Positions 44,463 to 51,716 of a stretch of DNA of 64,000 nt are shown in pieces. The notes below the pieces were generated by a model that ran no database searches, had not been told where the DNA came from, and was given only the letters and a program-made list of their open reading frames with translations. The stretch's first letter is position 1. Every line of letters starts with the position of its first letter. The DNA is taken from sequence record PX092659.1; one strand, given 5' to 3'. The position numbers and the translations under genes were made by a program. Origin of the DNA: a phage.

Positions 44463-44855
44463 TAAAATTTCAGTGCAGAACACGGAGCTAGCAATTCGGA
44501 AGTGCTGACTCATGATAAGCTGCCTATGTACTTGCAAAGCGGTCGTGTCCAAGACTCGGACTCTTGCACTGAAAACAATCAAACATTCTAGCGTGGTTGA
44601 TGGGGAAACCAGCTTGGCTAGGGCAGAAGCTCGTTCGATTCGAGTGAAAGAATGGTTCTCGTAAGTCCGCACAAGTGATAGCAGGTTCGAGTCCTGTCTA
44701 GAATGATACTATAAAGTTTACTTATTGAGTAGGTTCCGATAGATCGGCGGGTCTATTCTGGCAGTTAAGAGAGGTCTCGCAAACTTCTTTGTCAGCCGTG
44801 GGGTTGGTAGCCTCCAGGTGGCCTACACAATAAGTAAATTTATTAAAAATTCATT

Positions 44856-44884
44856 TGCTATTTCGCTTAATTCTCGGTATAATA
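44856..44884 (+). promoter_or_regulatory. sigma70-type early promoter: TTGCTA-N17-TATAAT
   Basis: Cassette match (coordinates here may be off by 1 nt). Confidence 0.55.
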
Positions 44885-44915
44885 TATCTTATAAAGTGTT
44901 GAGAAGGAAAGCAAA

Positions 44916-45113
44916 ATGAAAAAAGTTTTACTGCTGTCTGTATTCCTACTTACTGGTTGTTTTAAACTTGACTCAACCATTAATAAAGAGTATGAATTTG
45001 CTAAAAATTTCTGTGGCGGAGAGAGTAATATAAAGAATTTCTACATATATAGTACAATTCCTAGTACCGTTTATTGTGTAGACGGACGAATTATTAATAT
45101 TCCTCCACAATAA
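44916..45113 (+). CDS. small lipoprotein (signal peptide with lipobox LLTGC)
   Basis: 65 aa; MKKVLLLSVFLLTGC then mature Cys; AAGGAAAGC RBS. Confidence 0.55.
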   Translation: MKKVLLLSVFLLTGCFKLDSTINKEYEFAKNFCGGESNIKNFYIYSTIPSTVYCVDGRIINIPPQ

Positions 45114-45122
45114 AAGAATTAA

Positions 45123-45198
45123 CAGTGCGTAGCGCAGTTGGTAGCGTGGGAGCCTTGGATGCTTCGGGTCGCAGGTTCGAGTCCTGCCGCACTGACCA
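45123..45198 (+). tRNA. tRNA-Pro (anticodon TGG)
   Basis: Acceptor CAGTGCG/CGCACTG, D-arm GCGCAGTTGGTAGCGT, anticodon stem GGAGC/GCTTC with loop CTTGGAT, T-arm GCAGG-TTCGAGT-CCTGC. Confidence 0.75.
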
Positions 45199-45204
45199 AA
45201 CAAT

Positions 45205-45282
45205 TGCGGGTTAGATCTCTGGTAGAGATCGCTAGTCTCATAAGCTAGAAAGAGGTAGGTTCGATTCCTGCACCCGCTTCCA
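45205..45282 (+). tRNA. tRNA with CAT anticodon (Met/Ile2 type), 1-72 mismatch
   Basis: Anticodon stem CTAGT/GCTAG with loop CTCATAA; T-arm GTAGG-TTCGATT-CCTGC; acceptor TGCGGGT/ACCCGCT has a U-U at position 1-72. Confidence 0.6.
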
Positions 45283-45471
45283 TTTTAATAGAGGGTTTCG
45301 AAATGAAAGTATTTCGATTAGTAGTAAGTGACAAACGTTTAGGTAAGAATACCTCAAAATCCTTACTTGCTCATTATGGAAAAGATGAGAAAGAAGTAAT
45401 GGCGGAGTTTGGGATTAATCACCCTTACTTGAAAGTTCACTCTATTAAAGAAGTATATAATGGTTACTAAT

Positions 45472-45550
45472 AGATCGCTAGCTCAATAGGTTTAGTAGCA
45501 TCCGACTTTTAATCGGAAGGTTCTGGGTTCGAGTCCCAGGCGATCTACCA
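45472..45550 (+). tRNA. tRNA-Lys (anticodon TTT)
   Basis: Perfect acceptor AGATCGC/GCGATCT, anticodon stem TCCGA/TCGGA with loop CTTTTAA, T-arm CTGGG-TTCGAGT-CCCAG. Confidence 0.8.
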
Positions 45551-45568
45551 ATTTCAAGAAAAACGCAG

Positions 45569-45597
45569 TTGCTTAATGCGTAATTTCTTGTTACAAT
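45569..45597 (+). promoter_or_regulatory. sigma70-type early promoter: TTGCTT-N17-TACAAT
   Basis: Cassette variant; followed by about 235 nt of ORF-free leader before tRNA-Ala. Confidence 0.55.
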
Positions 45598-45835
45598 ATT
45601 TATATAAATTGATGAGGAGAAATCCTCGTCATAGTTCACTAAGGTATTAGCTCGACCTAGGACTGGCTGCCAAAAAGCACGATCCCTACGATTCGGGAGA
45701 AGTTCTAGATTAGTCCACTAGATTCAGCGGCAACTGAATAGTGTATCGGGTTTGCGAGATGACGCGGTTCCTTCCGCTCGAAGCGAAGGTGCTGTAGTTA
45801 CGCCGAGCTAATAGCCTTAGTAAACTAAAGAATTT

Positions 45836-45910
45836 GGGCGAATAGTGTCAGCGGGAGCACACCAGACTTGCAATCTGGTAGGGAGGGTTCGAGTCCCTCT
45901 TTGTCCACCA
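45836..45910 (+). tRNA. tRNA-Ala (anticodon TGC)
   Basis: Acceptor GGGCGAA/TTTGTCC with G3-U70 wobble (Ala identity pair), anticodon stem CCAGA/TCTGG with loop CTTGCAA, T-arm GAGGG-TTCGAGT-CCCTC. Confidence 0.8.
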
Positions 45911-45915
45911 AATAC

Positions 45916-45992
45916 GCGTGATTGATGGAATTGGCATACATACCGTCCTTAGAAGTCGGGTTTTGAGGGTTCGAATCCCTTGTCACGCACCA
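45916..45992 (+). tRNA. tRNA with TAG anticodon (Leu-type anticodon) but short variable arm
   Basis: Acceptor GCGTGAT/GTCACGC, anticodon loop CTTAGAA on stem CCGTC/GTCGG (one mismatch), 5-nt variable region, T-arm GAGGG-TTCGAAT-CCCTT, A73. Confidence 0.55.
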
Positions 45993-46104
45993 AATTTGAT
46001 GGTCAGAGTAAATTAAACCTACTATCTCGGTTGAGCTGTTTTAATGGGTTCGAATCCCAGCGAGGCGTAACTGCCTGGCGTGATAGAGGCATCATCTTAT
46101 TACT

Positions 46105-46195
46105 GGAAGAGCAAATCGAATTGGCGACGAAAACCGCTTGGAAAGTGGCTGACTGGTAAAACGGCTTGAGAGTTCAAATCTCTCCTCTTCCGCCA
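46105..46195 (+). tRNA. tRNA-Ser (anticodon GGA), class II
   Basis: Acceptor GGAAGAG/CTCTTCC, anticodon loop TTGGAAA on 4-bp stem, long variable arm, T-arm GAGAG-TTCAAAT-CTCTC, G73-CCA. Confidence 0.6.
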
Positions 46196-46214
46196 AACAC
46201 TTGAGGTAATAATA

Positions 46215-46562
46215 ATGTTAGCAAAAGATAAAGCTCTAGAGTTTTTAGCATCTTTAGATGAAGATAAGATTATAGATGCTGCTGAAAAAGCTGGAATGCC
46301 CGATTTAACATATCTGGAACGTGCTATTATTGCTCGTGATAAACTACAGAAAGAGTTTGCTATTGCCCAGGAGGAGTTTTATACTCGCTATAACGCTCTT
46401 ACTAAGCAAATTGAAAATGAGTGTTCCCATACTTGGGGAGTAACAGAAAACCTAGGTAATGATCACGATGGCTGGTCTAAAGTAAAAATTACCTACTATC
46501 ATCGTAGGACTTGTAAAATTTGTGGAAAAGTAGAAGATTTCACTAGTACGAGTGACTATTAG
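46215..46562 (+). CDS. hypothetical protein
   Basis: 115-aa track ORF after GAGGTAATAATA RBS. Confidence 0.5.
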   Translation: MLAKDKALEFLASLDEDKIIDAAEKAGMPDLTYLERAIIARDKLQKEFAIAQEEFYTRYNALTKQIENECSHTWGVTENLGNDHDGWSKVKITYYHRRTCKICGKVEDFTSTSDY

Positions 46563-46575
46563 TATAATAAATACT

Positions 46576-46665
46576 AGAAGATAGGACGTAGTGGTACGTA
46601 ACTGGTCTTGAAAACCAGCCCGCTGTAGCGATACGGTGATGGTTCGACTCCATTATCTTCTGCCA
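46576..46665 (+). tRNA. tRNA-Ser (anticodon TGA), class II
   Basis: Acceptor AGAAGAT/ATCTTCT, anticodon stem CTGGT/ACCAG with loop CTTGAAA, long variable arm, T-arm GATGG-TTCGACT-CCATT, G73-CCA. Confidence 0.75.
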
Positions 46666-47228
46666 ATTAACTATAAGGAAGTCTTATGAGCAAAACAGTT
46701 ACTGTAACAATGAAGGACGGTAAAAAATTTAAAGCATGTCTTCATGAAACAGATAAGGGGTGGATGGCTTATTTGCCACACCTAGATTCCACCGGGTACG
46801 GAATGACCCAACGTGAAGCTATTGTTGATGCTTTAAATGAGGCTTCTGCTGGTTTATAAAAAATTCTTGAAGTATGCCGGAATCGGTAGACGGGGCTGCC
46901 TAAAAGGTTTATAGGGAACATCCACTCCCTGCAACATACCTCATAAAGCGGCTGAGATAAATGGTCTATCTCGTGAAGGTTCAAGTCCTTCTGCTTCTTG
47001 ATACATCTATGGCTCAAAGTGTAACGGTGCTATTTGATGCTCTTGGTAAGACTTCCCCGACATGCGTTCGGGAGTAAGCTGCTAAGACTAGAGTAGAAGA
47101 GTTTCTGAGAGCCGCCACAATTGAAAATTCGTACTCGTCTTGAGCTGCGTGCAATAGGAGATAACTTGATTAGTATTCTAGAACATGCTAATTGAGGATG
47201 GTTTCGCTAACCCTGCGAGTTTTCAATT

Positions 47229-47305
47229 GTGGCTATATCATAATTGGTTAATGATCCTGATTGTGAATCAGGCCTATGTGGATTCGAATTCCACTAGCCA
47301 CCCCA
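47229..47305 (+). tRNA. tRNA-His (anticodon GTG)
   Basis: Acceptor GTGGCTA/TAGCCAC, C73, anticodon stem CCTGA/TCAGG with loop TTGTGAA, T-arm GTGGA-TTCGAAT-TCCAC. Confidence 0.8.
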
Positions 47306-47330
47306 AATTAACTTAAATAGGAAATAAAAT

Positions 47331-47528
47331 ATGGCTGATTTCTGCAAACAATGCTCCATTGATATGTGGGGCAGAGATACTGGTGATCTTTCTGGTTTGA
47401 TTACAGAAGCTGAGGTCAAAGAAGGTTATGGTGCAGTTGTGATTTGCGAAGGATGCGGAGTTATTCGAGTAGATCATGAAGGCAAACGTTTAAAAGAACC
47501 GGAAAACTTAGGAGAAACAAATGAGTAA
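47331..47528 (+). CDS. hypothetical small Cys-containing protein
   Basis: 65-aa track ORF; CKQC ... CEGCG. Confidence 0.45.
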   Translation: MADFCKQCSIDMWGRDTGDLSGLITEAEVKEGYGAVVICEGCGVIRVDHEGKRLKEPENLGETNE

Positions 47529-47757
47529 TGCTTTAATTAGTGAAATTATGTTAACACGTCTTGCAGAACTGCAAACTCTTCGAGATGAATCTCAGAATAA
47601 CTTAGCCTATCATAAACAGATGGTAGATACTCTTACTACTCGTATTGAAACTTACGAGCGTGATATTGCAGCATTACAGGCTCTTTTCTCAGTATCAGCA
47701 CCAGATACTTTAGAGCAGCCTGTTGTATCTCAGCCAGTAGAAACAGCATCTAGTTAA
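47521..47757 (+). CDS. hypothetical protein
   Basis: 78-aa track ORF, start overlaps upstream stop. Confidence 0.45.
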   Translation: MSNALISEIMLTRLAELQTLRDESQNNLAYHKQMVDTLTTRIETYERDIAALQALFSVSAPDTLEQPVVSQPVETASS

Positions 47758-47766
47758 TAGCATTTT

Positions 47767-47842
47767 TGGAGTGTAGATCAATTGGCAGATCGTCGGCCTC
47801 TGACTCCGAAGGTTCCTGGTTCGATCCCAGGCACTCCAGCCA
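47767..47842 (+). tRNA. tRNA-Gln (anticodon CTG)
   Basis: Acceptor TGGAGTG/CACTCCA, D-stem GATC/GATC, anticodon loop CTCTGAC, T-arm CCTGG-TTCGATC-CCAGG. Confidence 0.75.
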
Positions 47843-47848
47843 AATAAT

Positions 47849-47924
47849 TGGAGAGTAGTGTAACGGTTAGCACAACGGCCTTTGACTCCGTTAATGGTAG
47901 GTTCGATTCCTCCTTCTCCAGCCA
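47849..47924 (+). tRNA. tRNA-Gln (anticodon TTG)
   Basis: Acceptor TGGAGAG/TTCTCCA, anticodon loop CTTTGAC; near-duplicate of the adjacent Gln(CTG) gene. Confidence 0.7.
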
Positions 47925-47932
47925 AGTAATAA

Positions 47933-48008
47933 GCGGTTAAGCACACGGGTTGTGTCGCAGGCCTTCCAAGCCTCGCTGAGTAGGGTTCGATTCCCTCTAG
48001 CCGCTCCA
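47933..48008 (+). tRNA. tRNA-Gly (anticodon TCC)
   Basis: Acceptor GCGGTTA/TAGCCGC, anticodon stem AGGC/GCCT with loop CTTCCAA, T-arm AGGG-TTCGATT-CCCT. Confidence 0.65.
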
Positions 48009-48024
48009 ACTTTAAGGAAACGTT

Positions 48025-48276
48025 ATGCACGTTTTTGAGTTTCGTAATAAAAGTACCGATAAACGAGTTATTGTTATTGGAGAAACATACCGAGCATACG
48101 AACAAACTGACGGCTCTGTCATCCTGAATGATGAGAAAGGAGGTTTTAGCTTTTATCCAGAAGAACCTTATGAAGAGTTTCGAAAACAATTTAACCTAGA
48201 CTGGAGAAAGCATTTAAACACTGTTGCTTCATCTGTAGTATTGCCAACTACCAGTACTGTACTATCTAATGGCTGA
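48025..48276 (+). CDS. hypothetical protein
   Basis: 83-aa track ORF; a 52-aa ORF follows at about 48271-48432. Confidence 0.45.
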   Translation: MHVFEFRNKSTDKRVIVIGETYRAYEQTDGSVILNDEKGGFSFYPEEPYEEFRKQFNLDWRKHLNTVASSVVLPTTSTVLSNG

Positions 48277-48443
48277 TAACCTAAAAGTCAAGATCGACAA
48301 ACAAAAGAAACGTGTAGAAGTAGAGATTGGTGAAGAACGTGTAGCCTTCACCTTTGAATTCCTACAACAAATGGCAATGGTAGTTATGACTGATAAGTCT
48401 CCTGTTATTGAAAAAGAAATCCCGTTGAAATAACGGGATCATC

Positions 48444-48518
48444 GCTCCTAAAGCATTGCTGGCGATGCAGTTGCCTTGTAAGCATCTGAACCGGGTTCGA
48501 TTCCTGGTGGGAGCACCA
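48444..48518 (+). tRNA. tRNA-Thr (anticodon TGT)
   Basis: Acceptor GCTCCTA/TGGGAGC, D-arm GCATTGCTGGCGATGC, anticodon loop CTTGTAA, T-arm CCGGG-TTCGATT-CCTGG. Confidence 0.75.
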
Positions 48519-48533
48519 AATTTAAAAATTCAT

Positions 48534-48562
48534 TTGCTTTCTCTCTTATTTATTGTTATAAT
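48534..48562 (+). promoter_or_regulatory. sigma70-type early promoter: TTGCTT-N17-TATAAT
   Basis: Cassette match. Confidence 0.6.
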
Positions 48563-48592
48563 ATTTATATAAATTAATGAGAGGGAAACCAA

Positions 48593-48883
48593 ATGAAACG
48601 TTATCTTTCTGTTGTGTTCCAAACTGGTGGTCAACGCTATACCTATGAATTTCCTAGCTCTTGGAAGATCAAAGAAGGTGATCAAGTAGTAGTGTTAACA
48701 CCGCGAGATGGATATAAAGTAGTAACGGTTAAACAAGTATTCCCAAAAGATCATGAACCAGCTAAAGGCATTCGCTATAAGATGATTCATGGTGTGGTTC
48801 GTCAAGTACCACGAACTGAGGTAGAAGTAGATAAGACTGGAGAAGCTAAATTCCGTTATACTTCTTACCTAGATAGTGTGTGA
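48593..48883 (+). CDS. hypothetical protein
   Basis: 96-aa track ORF after GAGAGGGAAACC RBS. Confidence 0.5.
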   Translation: MKRYLSVVFQTGGQRYTYEFPSSWKIKEGDQVVVLTPRDGYKVVTVKQVFPKDHEPAKGIRYKMIHGVVRQVPRTEVEVDKTGEAKFRYTSYLDSV

Positions 48884-48898
48884 TGTAAATATTTTAAT

Positions 48899-48975
48899 GC
48901 TTCGGTAGCTTAGCGATCTAAAGCACTCGGCTGATAACCGAGAGATCGGGGGTTTAAATCCCTCCCGGAGTACCA
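48899..48975 (+). tRNA. tRNA-Ile (anticodon GAT)
   Basis: Acceptor GCTTCGG/CCGGAGT, D-stem GCTT/AAGC, perfect anticodon stem CTCGG/CCGAG with loop CTGATAA, T-arm GGGGG-TTTAAAT-CCCTC. Confidence 0.75.
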
Positions 48976-49071
48976 AATTTAGGAATTAAGACTATGCGTC
49001 CAGGAAAGTTTAAAAAAGCTAGTTGGTCTAAAGAGTATAAAGAATACTTACTTAGTCTAATAAAACATAAT

Positions 49072-49147
49072 AGTTAGTTGGCAGAGTGGTTATGCACCTC
49101 CTTCATACGGAGCGACTACAGTGGTTCAAATCCACTACTAACTACCA
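49072..49147 (+). tRNA. tRNA with CAT anticodon (Met/fMet/Ile2 type)
   Basis: Perfect acceptor AGTTAGT/ACTAACT, anticodon stem CTCC/GGAG with loop TTCATAC, T-arm AGTGG-TTCAAAT-CCACT. Confidence 0.7.
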
Positions 49148-49170
49148 AATTCTAACATCGGGGAGATCTA

Positions 49171-49539
49171 ATGAAAGCATATCAAAACCTTAAATCTGGC
49201 GTAATTAACCTTGTTCATGAAAATCAGATTATTCAGCTATACTCCGACAACGGTGAACTTAAACAGAAAGTTCTAGTTGAAGATCTAGAAGGTATCACAC
49301 CACAATTCGATCCTGAATCCTTCCGTGAAGTTAAGGTGGAAGTCGCCCCTCAAATCGAAGGTGGTCAGCACCTAAATGTCAATGTATTAAGCCGTGATCA
49401 GCTTTTGGATGCACAGAAACATCCTGAAAAATATCCTCAGTTGACCATCCGTGTCTCTGGCTACGCTGTTCGATTTAATGCACTGACTCGTGAACAACAG
49501 AACGACGTTATTAGTCGTACATTTACTCAGGCGATGTAA
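49171..49539 (+). CDS. autonomous glycyl-radical cofactor-like protein (GrcA/YfiD-like)
   Basis: 122 aa; C-terminal glycyl-radical signature [19 protein letters not shown], the PFL/GrcA-type motif rather than the NrdD-type. Confidence 0.65.
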   Translation: MKAYQNLKSGVINLVHENQIIQLYSDNGELKQKVLVEDLEGITPQFDPESFREVKVEVAPQIEGGQHLNVNVLSRDQLLDAQKHPEKYPQLTIRVSGYAVRFNALTREQQNDVISRTFTQAM

Positions 49540-49620
49540 TGGGGTTTGGGTACGATTTCTCCGAACTACGTGGGGTAGTCGAGCAAACTCCATTTATCTC
49601 CCAAGTTTTAGGAGAAATGT

Positions 49621-49935
49621 GTGGATCGAGCATTAAGACGCCATCACCGGCAACGTGTGAAGAACAACCGCAGGAAGTATTGGACAGTCTTCCCACATGA
49701 AGAAAGCCCTAAGCGGTTAGGTATTATCACTACTACTCCTTGCATCTGTTCTTGTTGGATGTGTGGGAACCCTCGCAAATACTATAAGAATAGTAAAGCA
49801 GGCATGAAAATTTCGGAGATTAGGAAAATGGAAGCAATGATTATGGGCATCTCAAATGATGAATTTGATGACTTTGTAGGATTCGGAGAAGGAATCAGCT
49901 CAGGCTGTTTCGAAGATGAGCGCCCCGATCTGTAA
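49621..49935 (+). CDS. hypothetical basic Cys-rich protein (GTG start, uncertain)
   Basis: 104 aa; CICSCWMCGNPRKY; no cassette promoter directly upstream; terminator downstream. Confidence 0.35.
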   Translation: MDRALRRHHRQRVKNNRRKYWTVFPHEESPKRLGIITTTPCICSCWMCGNPRKYYKNSKAGMKISEIRKMEAMIMGISNDEFDDFVGFGEGISSGCFEDERPDL

Positions 49936-49944
49936 TTAATAATA

Positions 49945-49980
49945 AACCCCAGCTATTGAATAAGTAGTCTGGGGTTTTTC
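49945..49980 (+). terminator. rho-independent terminator
   Basis: ACCCCAG ... CTGGGGT stem followed by TTTTC. Confidence 0.7.
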
Positions 49981-50056
49981 TGTATAAAGGTACATAATAT
50001 ATGTATAACAAAATTCATCCACATTAGGTTAATTTAAAAGACTTAATGGAGGTAAT

Positions 50057-50404
50057 ATGAGCCGTACTTATCGTAAACAATCTGGTGATCAGTGGTGGAA
50101 GTCTAAAGAACAATTCTCTCAAGAATATTCTTTCTTCAAAGAAAATGGCTACTGGATTCGTGTTATTTATGCTAAATCCTGGGATGATATAAAACAGGAA
50201 ATGAAGGAAGCAACCATTCGTAATGAGAAAAAGGATGGTTATAACTGGAATTCTATTAGTAAGAATGTTAAGTGGCATTCTAATAAAATGGTTCGTCAAG
50301 GGAATCGTCAAGAACTCCACCGCGTGATGAAAGATCCAGAAAATTACGACTATAATCGCGATCATGACATGCGTAAGCGTGGATTATGGTGGTGCTATGA
50401 CTAA
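50057..50404 (+). CDS. hypothetical Trp-rich protein
   Basis: 115-aa track ORF after GGAGGTAATATG; antisense track ORF 50024-50365 rejected. Confidence 0.5.
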   Translation: MSRTYRKQSGDQWWKSKEQFSQEYSFFKENGYWIRVIYAKSWDDIKQEMKEATIRNEKKDGYNWNSISKNVKWHSNKMVRQGNRQELHRVMKDPENYDYNRDHDMRKRGLWWCYD

Positions 50405-50421
50405 ATTCTGAAATAATTCAT

Positions 50422-50450
50422 TTGCTAAACCTCTCTTTTCTTGCTATAAT
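50422..50450 (+). promoter_or_regulatory. sigma70-type early promoter: TTGCTA-N17-TATAAT
   Basis: Cassette match. Confidence 0.6.
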
Positions 50451-50480
50451 ATATTTATAAATTGATGAGAGAGGTTTGAA

Positions 50481-50762
50481 ATGAAAACTCGTCTAGACTG
50501 TGCTGTTCATGTTCTTGAACACGATGTTGTGGGAACCTGTATGTCTTACCATGAAGCAGGTCGTTTAATTAAAGAACGTGTGGCAGATGTGTGCGGATTG
50601 AAGATTGCTGCTGAGGAAGCTGATGATCTTTTAGGTCAAGCACTAGAGAAAACCGAAATGTTTCTCTGCGATTCTTGTTCTTGGTGGTGTGAAGCTCACG
50701 AACGTTCTTTCAACGATTATGATGTATGTCGTGATTGTAGTGGGGAGGATGAAGATGAATAA
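50481..50762 (+). CDS. hypothetical Cys-rich protein with acidic C-terminal tail
   Basis: 93 aa; CDSCSWWCEAHE ... CRDCSGEDEDE. Confidence 0.5.
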   Translation: MKTRLDCAVHVLEHDVVGTCMSYHEAGRLIKERVADVCGLKIAAEEADDLLGQALEKTEMFLCDSCSWWCEAHERSFNDYDVCRDCSGEDEDE

Positions 50763-51054
50763 GTTTATTATTGCACTGATGATCTCCGCAGTTAGTTTCG
50801 GTTCTTTGGCATCTACCAAAGTTTCTATGAAAAATGGTAATGTTAAAGTCCAACAGAACGGCATTATTACCGAGTATGGTAAAGTTCGTGATGTTAGGGA
50901 ACGTAATGGTAAAGTAGAAATATATACTAATAAAAACTTCTCTACTCCAGCCGTTACTATTAGCAAACGCGGTGAAATAACCACTCAACGTACTAATAGC
51001 TCCAGTTCTTTTACTTGTCGTTATGATTGCGACTTTGAAGGTGAAGATGAATAA
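50755..51054 (+). CDS. hypothetical secreted protein (signal peptide)
   Basis: ATG 50755 gives MNKFIIALMISAVSFGSLAST signal peptide; ends CDFEGEDE. Confidence 0.5.
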   Translation: MNKFIIALMISAVSFGSLASTKVSMKNGNVKVQQNGIITEYGKVRDVRERNGKVEIYTNKNFSTPAVTISKRGEITTQRTNSSSSFTCRYDCDFEGEDE

Positions 51055-51466
51055 TTTAGACCCTAGAATTAAATTTGCAATTACAGAAATCCAAGATCAA
51101 ATTGACGAGGACTTCACCGTTTGGTCAAGGTCTGGTAATGGGGAATACTGCCAGCTTTACAGCATGAAAATGGGTATCTCAATTGAGCTTAATATCAACT
51201 CTGAAGGTAGAGTAGAAGCCCAACCCATGTTCAGTGTTCCAGGCTTCTCTGGGTTTGTTGCGGGTATGAAATTATGCCTACCAAATAACCATCTTCATCG
51301 AGTTATTTGTCAGCTAGAGACTATTAAGCATTTCTTGCCAGAAGATAATATCAATGACTACTACCATGAAGTCGTAGCAGCTCATATGATGAGAGAATGT
51401 AAACGTCGGAGAGAAGAACGTGAAAAGACTAAACATCAACAGCACAGTGCAGATTCCAGCAACTAA
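51047..51466 (+). CDS. hypothetical protein
   Basis: ATG 51047 (MNNLDPRIKF) overlapping previous stop. Confidence 0.45.
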   Translation: MNNLDPRIKFAITEIQDQIDEDFTVWSRSGNGEYCQLYSMKMGISIELNINSEGRVEAQPMFSVPGFSGFVAGMKLCLPNNHLHRVICQLETIKHFLPEDNINDYYHEVVAAHMMRECKRRREEREKTKHQQHSADSSN

Positions 51467-51716
51467 GGATGTTTTAACATTCCTACGTAGTGAGAATACC
51501 CAGTTTTGGCATGACTATATTCAGGAAAATAAAAATAATCCAGACATAGTTGCTTTTGCCAAAAAACGTATTGGGGAATATAAAGATCCAGAGATTAAAG
51601 ATGGGATGATTACTATGCAGTTATGGATAGCTATGAAAACCTTTGGACCTACTATGAGTTTAGGATTTACTCCACTGTTTACTGATATTCTAATTAATGA
51701 AAGGGATCTGAAATGA
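51420..51716 (+). CDS. hypothetical protein (start uncertain)
   Basis: 98-aa track ORF overlapping the previous ORF by 47 nt. Confidence 0.4.
   Translation: MKRLNINSTVQIPATKDVLTFLRSENTQFWHDYIQENKNNPDIVAFAKKRIGEYKDPEIKDGMITMQLWIAMKTFGPTMSLGFTPLFTDILINERDLK

Noticed and set aside
43668-48189. Minus-strand ORFs across the tRNA cluster (43668-44021, 44454-44672, 44973-45203, 46769-47017, 47710-48189) and 36497-36679
   Set aside because: They run antisense through tRNA genes or tRNA-like spacers; translations are low complexity; the whole region is transcribed rightward from cassette promoters.
48421-48437. Hairpin CCCGTT-gaaata-AACGGG as terminator
   Set aside because: Not followed by a T-run; lies immediately before tRNA-Thr, so more likely part of a processing site.
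50024-50988. Minus-strand ORFs 50024-50365, 50643-50984, 50710-50988
   Set aside because: Antisense to promoter-supported plus-strand genes; no minus-strand promoter in the region.
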